Below the pieces are notes generated by a model that was given only the letters and a program-made list of their open reading frames with translations, was not told where the DNA came from and did not search any database. From contig JAUWGW010000003.1 in NCBI GenBank assembly GCA_030606215.1, positions 4,407-68,406 on the forward strand: a stretch of DNA of 64,000 nucleotides, given 5' to 3'. Position numbers and translations under genes: made by a program. Each line of letters starts with the position of its first letter. Position 1 is the first letter of the stretch. The DNA is from a bacterium (GTDB taxonomy: Bacteria > NPL-UPA2 > JAUVJM01). Positions 35,539 to 42,902 of the stretch are shown one piece after another.

Positions 35539-35645
35539 AAAAACAAAGAAAAGATTAATATATTCTATTGTCAAACTTCTCTCGAAATGGGATAATTTGT
35601 GCGAGGGCAAATGTTCTACCATGTCATTGCAAACACTTCGCAGGG

Positions 35646-35730
35646 TGTCATTCTGAGCCTGTCCTGAGTGAAACGAAGGATCTCCAGTTCCTTCACTTCG
35701 TTCAGGACCGCTTTGCTCCTCAGAATGACA
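35646..35730. repeat. GTCATTCTGAG-type palindromic intergenic repeat (full hairpin copy)
   Basis: TGTCATTCTGAG (35646-35657) is the reverse complement of CTCAGAATGACA (35719-35730). The interior is also imperfectly self-complementary (CCTGAGTGAAACGAAGG / CCTTCACTTCGTTCAGG). Confidence 0.6.
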
Positions 35731-35750
35731 GGCTAACAGGAGGGGGAGAT

Positions 35751-36791
35751 ATGACGGTTAGATTTGGTGTATTAGGGGCGTGTGGGATAGCTGAAAGAAG
35801 GACTATCCCTGAGGGAATACTGAAGGCAAAGAATGCAGAACTTGTAGCTGTCATGGATATTCAAAGGGAGAAGGTAGAAAAACTGGCTGAGGAATATGGC
35901 GTGATGTACTTTACCAAAGAAGAGGATTTACTAAGTGATAGTAATATAGATGCAGTCTACATCGCTACACCGGTATATTTACACTACCAGCATGTGATAA
36001 CTGCCGCTGCTAAGGGGAAACACATCCTCTGTGAAAAATCAATGGCGAAGACGGTTGAGGAATGTGAGGAGATGATTTCCACTTGCAAGAGGAATGGAGT
36101 GAAGTTATCTGTAGGATTTATGATGAGGCATAACGTATATCATGAAAGAATCAAAGAGATGCTTGATAATGGTGAATTTGGCAAGCCGGTCATGGGAAGG
36201 GCACAGTTATCCTGTTGGTATCCTGAGATTAAAGGAGCATGGAGGCAGAACCCCGAATTAGGCGGAGGGGGTTCCCTTATTGATATGGGGAGTCACTGCA
36301 TTGACTTGCTTGAGATGTTTTTTGGTAGAGCAGTTAAAGTATCTGCTTTTACGAAGACAAATGCATTTAGCTATAAGGTGGAAGATACAGCAGTTGTAAT
36401 ACTTGAGTTTGAGAATGGTGCCTATGGGATAGTTGATACCTGTTTCAGCATCCCGGATAATTCCTCAAAGAATATGCTTGAGGTATATGGGACAAAAGGA
36501 AGTGTCATCGCGAGGGGGACGATAGGACAACTTCCCGGAGGTGAGGTTACTGCGTATGTTGAGAGGAGGACTAAGGGATATGAAGCAGAACAGGCACGAG
36601 CAGCGGGAGAGGGAGAGAAAATTGTTCTTGCTCCAAAGAATACTTATCAGAAGGAGATAGAAGACTTTTGCGAGATGATAGAGAATGGTGAAGAGTCTTC
36701 ATCTACAGGAGAAGATGGGCTGTGGAATCAGAAAGTAGTTTTAGCGGCATATGAATCAAGTAATAGCGGGAGGAGTGTGAGGTTAATATGA
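35751..36791 (+). CDS. Gfo/Idh/MocA family NAD(P)-dependent oxidoreductase
   Basis: ATG 35751 follows AGGAGGGGGA and gives MTVRFGVLGACGIAERR (Rossmann). ILCEKSMA motif. The track start 35568 reads through the palindromic repeat. Confidence 0.85.
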   Translation: MTVRFGVLGACGIAERRTIPEGILKAKNAELVAVMDIQREKVEKLAEEYGVMYFTKEEDLLSDSNIDAVYIATPVYLHYQHVITAAAKGKHILCEKSMAKTVEECEEMISTCKRNGVKLSVGFMMRHNVYHERIKEMLDNGEFGKPVMGRAQLSCWYPEIKGAWRQNPELGGGGSLIDMGSHCIDLLEMFFGRAVKVSAFTKTNAFSYKVEDTAVVILEFENGAYGIVDTCFSIPDNSSKNMLEVYGTKGSVIARGTIGQLPGGEVTAYVERRTKGYEAEQARAAGEGEKIVLAPKNTYQKEIEDFCEMIENGEESSSTGEDGLWNQKVVLAAYESSNSGRSVRLI

Positions 36792-37567
36792 AAGTTAATC
36801 TTATGGAAAATATGACGGTAAAGGATGTGCGGGCTGCGTTGAGAAAAGTGAAGACAGTTTTGGTTCCACTTGGTGTAGTTGAACAGCATGGATATCATTT
36901 GCCTTTAAGTACTGATATTCACAATGCATATGAGGTATGCAAGAGACTATCAGAGAAGACAGGTTGTGTTGTTGCCCCTCCCTTGAATTACAGCTTTTCA
37001 GGCGGAGAATTGCCGGGGACAATAAACATAAGCCCGCAGGTCATGTCACTGGTTGTTATGGATATTATAAGGTCCCTCACTCAGCAGGGATTCAGGAATG
37101 TAATACTGGTTCTTGGTCACGGTGGGACGGAAAATCTAAATGCTCTTGGGGAATGCACAAGGCTATTTCTCAGACAGACCCCGCATTCTGATATAGTCCT
37201 TGTTGTTGCGCCGGTGTGGGAGTTTTCAAGAACATGGATGAGAGCAGTCAAGAAGCATGATTTCCATGCCGCATTAATTGAGACCTCACTTATGATGTAC
37301 TGGAAGCCTGAACTTGTGAGGGAAGACATTCAGGTCGATAAAGGGAAAATATATGAAGACATGAAGCTTAATCAGGATAATTATTTACAGGTGGAGAAAC
37401 CTTTTGATAATAAATATGTTATTCCAAAACTGAGGCAGAAACCGGAAATTAAGGTTGGTGTCATGGGTGACCCAAGGGGAGCTAATGCAGAATTAGGGAA
37501 AAAAGTTTGTGAAGAAATAGTGAAAGGATTGTCAAAACTAATCAGGGATATAGAAGGGAGGAAGTAG
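36788..37567 (+). CDS. Creatininase-family amidohydrolase
   Basis: LVPLGVVEQHGYHLPLSTD and VLGHGGTEN resemble the creatininase/MftE/ArfB family metal-binding motifs. ATGA overlap with the upstream gene. Confidence 0.7.
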   Translation: MKVNLMENMTVKDVRAALRKVKTVLVPLGVVEQHGYHLPLSTDIHNAYEVCKRLSEKTGCVVAPPLNYSFSGGELPGTINISPQVMSLVVMDIIRSLTQQGFRNVILVLGHGGTENLNALGECTRLFLRQTPHSDIVLVVAPVWEFSRTWMRAVKKHDFHAALIETSLMMYWKPELVREDIQVDKGKIYEDMKLNQDNYLQVEKPFDNKYVIPKLRQKPEIKVGVMGDPRGANAELGKKVCEEIVKGLSKLIRDIEGRK

Positions 37568-37569
37568 TC

Positions 37570-38880
37570 ATGGGAGAAAAAAGAGAAGAGAAGATGTACA
37601 CGGGGAGTGATACTGAAGGGGGGATAACCTCAGGTTATCAGATGAATGATGGGGTAAAATTAAAAGTCCCTTACTCCTTTTCCGGTTCTATTTTTGACGA
37701 AGAGGAAGAGAAAGCGGTCCTTTCTGCAATGAAACAGGATTCTCTTACCATGGGACCACAGGTTCAGTTATTCCAGGAAGAATTTGCAAAGGTTCACAAC
37801 GTACCGCATGCGTTTGCCACGACAAATTGCACAACTGCAATGCATGTAGCAGCTCAGGTCTTTGACCTCAGGGAAGGGGATGAGGTAATCGTTACACCAA
37901 ATACGTTTATTGCGACGACACTTGTTCTTCTTAAAGAGAAGGTAAAACCTGTATATGCTGATATTGACCCCCGGACATTTAATATTGACCCGTCAAAGAT
38001 AGAGGAGAAAGTTACCCCTCGCACAAAGGCGATTTATGTTGTTCATTATGGCGGACAGATATGCGATATGGACCCGATTATGGAGATTGCAAAGAAACAC
38101 AGCCTTTTTGTTATGGAAGACTGCGCACATACAGTGGGAGCGGAGTATAAGGGAAAGAAAGCGGGTTCCATTGGAGACATTGGTTGTTTTAGTTTTCACT
38201 CACTCAAAAATATTACCACGCTTGGAGAAGGTGGTATGATAACAACAAACAGAGATGATTTTGTTGATGCGATTGGGAAAATGCGGTGTATGTCTATCGG
38301 GCAATGGCCGGAAGAACAGAAGACATTTAAGTTTGGGGATTATACCCTTACGAAGGAAGCAGTTACCGATTACTGGATTCCTTCTCATTTTGACGTTATT
38401 TCCACAAAAGGGCATTTTGGCAATAACTACAGAATGAACGAGCCTCAGGCCGCCTGTGGACGTGCACAGCTCAAGAAAGTAGATATGCTCATTCAGAAAA
38501 GGAGAGAAAATAGCCGGTATCTGAGCGAAGGGTTGAAAGGAGTGAAAGGGTTAACTGTACCATATGAAGATGAGAATTGTTTCCATGTCTACCACCTTTA
38601 TACTCTCTGTGTAGAGGAAGAGAAATTGGGTGCTGGTAGAGATGAATTTATGAGGATTCTCTATAAAGAAGAGGGAATACAGGGGATTCTTCATTATCAG
38701 CCAAATTACCATTTCACTGCATTGAAAGAGCTTGGGTATGGAGACCAGCACTGTCCAAATGCTGAGAAGTTTTTCTACAAAAGGGAATTAAATCTCCCAA
38801 TGCATCCAAGATTGACAAAGAAAGAGCTAAATATGATAATAGAAGGTGTGAAAAAAGCTGCAGATAAGGTAAGGAAATGA
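37570..38880 (+). CDS. DegT/DnrJ/EryC1/StrS-family PLP-dependent aminotransferase
   Basis: EFAKVHNVPHAFATTNCTTAMHVA, MEDCAHTVGAEYKGKKAGS, and SFHSLKNITTLGEGGMI (PLP Lys in SLKN). Confidence 0.85.
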   Translation: MGEKREEKMYTGSDTEGGITSGYQMNDGVKLKVPYSFSGSIFDEEEEKAVLSAMKQDSLTMGPQVQLFQEEFAKVHNVPHAFATTNCTTAMHVAAQVFDLREGDEVIVTPNTFIATTLVLLKEKVKPVYADIDPRTFNIDPSKIEEKVTPRTKAIYVVHYGGQICDMDPIMEIAKKHSLFVMEDCAHTVGAEYKGKKAGSIGDIGCFSFHSLKNITTLGEGGMITTNRDDFVDAIGKMRCMSIGQWPEEQKTFKFGDYTLTKEAVTDYWIPSHFDVISTKGHFGNNYRMNEPQAACGRAQLKKVDMLIQKRRENSRYLSEGLKGVKGLTVPYEDENCFHVYHLYTLCVEEEKLGAGRDEFMRILYKEEGIQGILHYQPNYHFTALKELGYGDQHCPNAEKFFYKRELNLPMHPRLTKKELNMIIEGVKKAADKVRK

Positions 38881-38898
38881 AATCAGAAAATTTCTATT

Positions 38899-40035
38899 AT
38901 GACTGAAAGAGAAAGGTTTCTGGAGACTTTATTATTTGGGAAGCCGGATAAGATACCTTTTGATCCTGGTTGGCCGAGAGAATCCACTTTAGCCGCCTGG
39001 CACAAACAGGGGCTTCCTGAATGGAAAAGCTTTGATGAAAATTATGAAGTTCTTCTTGAAATCTTAGAGATAGAACCTGAACCAACGAATCCTAAAATAA
39101 GTTTGGATGTCTCTTTCCAGATGATGCCTGCATTTAAGGAGGAGGTATTAGAACATAAAGATGGCCATTTCATAGTTAGAGATTGGATGGGAGCAATCAC
39201 AGAAATTTCGGATGAGTATGATTATACTTATATCCGCTCAGCAAAAGATTTTGTTACCAGGAAATGGCATAAGTTTCCGGTAGAAAATGAAAAAGATTGG
39301 GAAGAGATGAAGAAGAAGTACAACCCGGATACAGAAGGTCGTTTTCCGGAAGACTTTGAAGAACGTTGCAAAAAATTGGAAAAGAGAGATTATATTCTCA
39401 GCATTAATATCAACGGTCTTTTCTGGCAGCTGCGGGAATGGTGTGGTTTTGAAAATCTCTGTATATTAATGGTTGAAAAACCTGATTTTGTTCAGGAAAT
39501 GGTTAATTTCTGGACAGAATTTGTATCAAAAGTAATGGAACGGATATTAGAAAGAGTTCAAATGGATAGTGTGTGGATTTCAGAAGATATGGCCTATAAA
39601 GGATATAGTATGATTTCCCCCAAGATGGTACGAAAGTTTTTGCTGCCTACTTGGAAACGCTGGGCTTCAGAGGTTAAAGAAGGTAGCTGCCCGATATTTG
39701 ATATGGATTCAGATGGCTATATTGGAGAGTTAATCCCTATCTGGATTGAGGCAGGAATCAATTGCTGCGACCCAATGGAAGTTGCAGCAGGAAATGATAT
39801 TGTAAAATACAGGGAAATTTATGGAAACAAAATGGCTTACCAGGGAGGGATTGATAAACGGGCTATTGCTAAAGGCGGTAAGGTAATGGAGAAAGAAGTG
39901 CTGCGGGTAGTTCATCCATTGTTGAAAGATGGAGGTTTTATCCCTGGCTGTGATCACGGTGTTCCATCTGATATTTCCTGGCAGAATTATGTTGAATATT
40001 CACGTCTATTAGCAAAATTGACAGGCTGGCTGTAA
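38899..40035 (+). CDS. Uroporphyrinogen decarboxylase (URO-D) family protein, MtaA/CmuA-like methyltransferase candidate
   Basis: 378 aa. MTERERFLETLLFGKPDKIPF N-terminus, C-terminal FIPGCDHGVPSDISWQNY, and a TIM-barrel-sized protein typical of this family. Confidence 0.6.
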   Translation: MTERERFLETLLFGKPDKIPFDPGWPRESTLAAWHKQGLPEWKSFDENYEVLLEILEIEPEPTNPKISLDVSFQMMPAFKEEVLEHKDGHFIVRDWMGAITEISDEYDYTYIRSAKDFVTRKWHKFPVENEKDWEEMKKKYNPDTEGRFPEDFEERCKKLEKRDYILSININGLFWQLREWCGFENLCILMVEKPDFVQEMVNFWTEFVSKVMERILERVQMDSVWISEDMAYKGYSMISPKMVRKFLLPTWKRWASEVKEGSCPIFDMDSDGYIGELIPIWIEAGINCCDPMEVAAGNDIVKYREIYGNKMAYQGGIDKRAIAKGGKVMEKEVLRVVHPLLKDGGFIPGCDHGVPSDISWQNYVEYSRLLAKLTGWL

Positions 40036-40068
40036 AAAAAAGAAGGGTATTTAACCTGATACAAATTT

Positions 40069-40863
40069 TTAAAACCTATTAACTTTTATCTTCCACCTAA
40101 AAGCTAATATGCCTAATAACCCACTTCCCAGAAGTAGTAACGCAGATGGTTCAGGAACAATCTGGCCCGGGTGGTCATTTTGCCACTCAATTTCTCCCTT
40201 TGTCAGTGCCCGGTCCCAAATCCTGACCTCGTCGATTGTGCCGTTGAAAGGGTAAGAAGAGGCATCTCCATAATACCTTCCAATAACACAATCTACATCA
40301 GCATTGGCTATTCCTGCTTTAATAGTTTGTGTTTGTTTTACACCATCTACATACAAATATCCCGTTGTCCCATCGTGAACTCCTACTATATAATGCCAAT
40401 TTGAATCAGTATACGCAGAATTTGAAAAAACGTAATTCCGAGTAACATTAGAAAACTGAAATACAAACATATCGTTGCTCCATTTTGAGAGACTAAATCC
40501 GGAGTATGCTAATGGGTCAGCAGTCTCAATCCCACCTATTCCTTGATAGACTCCAGTTTTACTCGTCCTCGCCCATGCCTCAATCGTAACCGCATCAGTA
40601 AAATCCAAACTACTATCACTCCCGCAATTAACATAATCACCATCTCCACCAAAAGAACCGCAGCGACCTAGACCTTCTTTGCCACTATCGGCAAATGTTG
40701 CGCCATATGACGTTCCATCATTTTCGTTACCGCTAGAATCGCTCCAGTTGTCTTCCATCTTCCACGAACCGAGAAGCCCTGCGTCCGCGTTAGAGTTGAA
40801 TGCAAATAGCAGTATAACAATAATAGTTGCTATTATACCTAATTCTTTCCTTATCATTTTCAT
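40069..40863 (-). CDS. Secreted LamG (concanavalin A-like lectin) domain protein with a PEP-CTERM sorting signal
   Basis: Start ATG 40863 follows GGGAGG and gives MKMIRKELGIIATIIVILLFA. LamG pattern (NWHYIVGVHDGTTGYLYVDG...GTIDEVRIWDRALT). C-terminus VPEPSALLLLGSGLLGILAFRWK is PEP-CTERM. Confidence 0.8.
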   Translation of the reverse strand: MKMIRKELGIIATIIVILLFAFNSNADAGLLGSWKMEDNWSDSSGNENDGTSYGATFADSGKEGLGRCGSFGGDGDYVNCGSDSSLDFTDAVTIEAWARTSKTGVYQGIGGIETADPLAYSGFSLSKWSNDMFVFQFSNVTRNYVFSNSAYTDSNWHYIVGVHDGTTGYLYVDGVKQTQTIKAGIANADVDCVIGRYYGDASSYPFNGTIDEVRIWDRALTKGEIEWQNDHPGQIVPEPSALLLLGSGLLGILAFRWKIKVNRF

Positions 40864-41185
40864 TGCCTCCCTTTTTATCTTAACCATTAACATCATTGTG
40901 AATTTTAACATACCGCCAAAACTTTGTCAAGTAAAAAATTAACAGGAAATATAAACGCTTAATAAAACAAATAACATTACCAATAAACACTTGCCATTAA
41001 ATCCGCTCACTTCTTTACCACGTCTTCGCCACTTTCCTACTTCTTCGTATATTATTTGTTTTTATTTCTTTTTTTCACTGTGTCCGTATTCTTCTAACCT
41101 CAAAATAATTTTTCTCTTGACAGAGAGGGGGTTCTTGAGCCATTATATTAATAGGAAATATAAACAGCCAATCTGGAGAATTTAA

Positions 41186-42193
41186 ATGAAGGAAGAGGGA
41201 GTAAGTTTGAGGACAATTGCAAAAGCAACAGGTGTATCCCGAGCTGTGGTCTCTGCGGTAATAAACAAAAAAGAAAACCAGAGAATTTTCGTCAGTCAGA
41301 AAAAGAGGGAAGAAATTCTCAAACTAGTTGAAGAATATGGATACGTTCCGAAGAAAAGCGCCCGAGACCTTGGTTCCCAACGAACTAACACAATCGCACT
41401 TCTTTTTCACTGGCTAACTCCCTATTTCTCTTCCCTTTTGGAGGAAATACACAGGCAGGCATTCAAAAAAGGACTTGAAGTAATTCCTTATATTACCGAA
41501 GGATATCCGGACAAAGAAGAAGAATATTTGAATCTGATGAGGGATGGAAGGGTTGATGTAATTCTAGCAGCTGCTTTCACGGAAGGTAGTCCTGATCGTT
41601 ACATGAAATTTTCGTCCCCACCATATAATTTGAAAATCGTGACAATAAATCCTCCTGTAGGAAATATTCCGTCTGTTCATTTTGATGAAGAAGATGCCGG
41701 GAGACTTGCCGCACAACACCTGATTGAAATCGGCTGTAAGAACTTGTGTTTCATAGATGGAGGAGGAATAGTAGAAAAGAGAATGGAGGGATTTGCGCAC
41801 TATATTAGAGAAAGAAAACTCCCGGTTGCCTCAGTAATTCAACCTATGGGTCTTTTTCCCGATGGGGTAGCGCTTGCAAAAAAGGTTTTTAACCTGGAAA
41901 AACTTCCGGATGGGATTTTTGCTTATAACGACCCGCTTGCAATAGCTGTGCTAACGGAAGTTTTAAGAAGAGGTCTGAAAGTGCCGGATGATATTGCGAT
42001 AGTAGGATGCGATAATACAGAGGTCTGCCTTTACTGTTACCCCGCTTTAACGAGTATTGATACAAACGTCTCTCAGGTTGTGAAAATCGCTCTTCAAAAA
42101 GTGGTTGATTTAACGAACGGAATGGAGGCAGAACCCCGCCATACAAAAGTTCCGGTAAAGCTGGTTATCAGAGAGTCAACAAACCGAGTTTAA
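41186..42193 (+). CDS. LacI-family transcriptional regulator
   Basis: N-terminal HTH LRTIAKATGVSRAVVSAVIN and a periplasmic-binding-protein-like core (FAYNDPLAIAVL, DDIAIVGCDN). Confidence 0.88.
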   Translation: MKEEGVSLRTIAKATGVSRAVVSAVINKKENQRIFVSQKKREEILKLVEEYGYVPKKSARDLGSQRTNTIALLFHWLTPYFSSLLEEIHRQAFKKGLEVIPYITEGYPDKEEEYLNLMRDGRVDVILAAAFTEGSPDRYMKFSSPPYNLKIVTINPPVGNIPSVHFDEEDAGRLAAQHLIEIGCKNLCFIDGGGIVEKRMEGFAHYIRERKLPVASVIQPMGLFPDGVALAKKVFNLEKLPDGIFAYNDPLAIAVLTEVLRRGLKVPDDIAIVGCDNTEVCLYCYPALTSIDTNVSQVVKIALQKVVDLTNGMEAEPRHTKVPVKLVIRESTNRV

Positions 42194-42212
42194 ATGAAGG
42201 GGGGAGGTTAAT

Positions 42213-42884
42213 ATGAGAACAAAGCGTAAGAGAAGATTGGGCGTTTTACCGTCGACAAACGGATTTACTTTAATTGAGCTTTTGGTGGTCATCGCTATCA
42301 TCGCTATACTGGCGGCGATGTTGCTTCCGGCTCTTCAGCAAGCCAGAGAGAAGGCACGGCAGGCGGTATGTATGAATAATCTTAAGCAGGTTGGATTGGC
42401 TTTGATAATGTATTGTGATGATTATGATGGCTGGTATCCAACAATATACTATAGTGGATCTTATCCATATGCCGACCAATGTGAACCTTTCCATTGGTAT
42501 GCAAATGGTGGCTTCTTGGAATACCTGAACCTGGAGCCATTTGTTCATAAGAAAGGAACGGTGATGAATTGCCCTAGCCATCCTGGCGGTAACTGGGGAG
42601 GAGCCTTCTCGACTATATACATAAGTTATGCTGGCAACAAATTCCTTGGCTCTGACCAGGATGGACGGAGAAAAGAGGCTAGTTTCAGAAAGTCTTCTCT
42701 CACTCTGGGTTTTGCTGACGGGTCAGATTATCGTGCCCGGGCAGGGCTGCTCAACTTTGACTACCGCCACGGCAGTCGTATAAACGTGCTCTATTTAGAT
42801 GGACATGTCAGCACAAGGACGCCGGAAAGCATACCACCAGACTGGGCTGATAGATTTGACCCTTTTTGGGATTCCCAGAATTAA
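42213..42884 (+). CDS. Prepilin-type N-terminal cleavage/methylation domain protein, DUF1559 (H-X9-DG) pseudopilin-like
   Basis: [43 protein letters not shown], and C-terminal [14 protein letters not shown]. Confidence 0.88.
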   Translation: MRTKRKRRLGVLPSTNGFTLIELLVVIAIIAILAAMLLPALQQAREKARQAVCMNNLKQVGLALIMYCDDYDGWYPTIYYSGSYPYADQCEPFHWYANGGFLEYLNLEPFVHKKGTVMNCPSHPGGNWGGAFSTIYISYAGNKFLGSDQDGRRKEASFRKSSLTLGFADGSDYRARAGLLNFDYRHGSRINVLYLDGHVSTRTPESIPPDWADRFDPFWDSQN

Positions 42885-42902
42885 TTAAGGAGAACTTTCA
42901 TA

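Noticed and set aside
35568-35750. 61-codon N-terminal extension of the Gfo/Idh/MocA oxidoreductase
   Set aside because: It is encoded by the GTCATTCTGAG palindromic repeat. A strong RBS plus ATG at 35751 yields a canonical Rossmann N-terminus.
40943-41166. 13-nt direct repeat AGGAAATATAAAC (40944-40956 and 41153-41165) as a LacI operator
   Set aside because: The motif is not convincingly palindromic, unlike typical LacI-family operators. Only two copies are present. I noted it but do not consider it supportable as a site without comparative data.
40991-41185. 64-aa plus-strand ORF upstream of the LacI gene
   Set aside because: It starts with TTG, has no RBS, is a low-complexity S/F/L-rich peptide and sits in a divergent promoter region.
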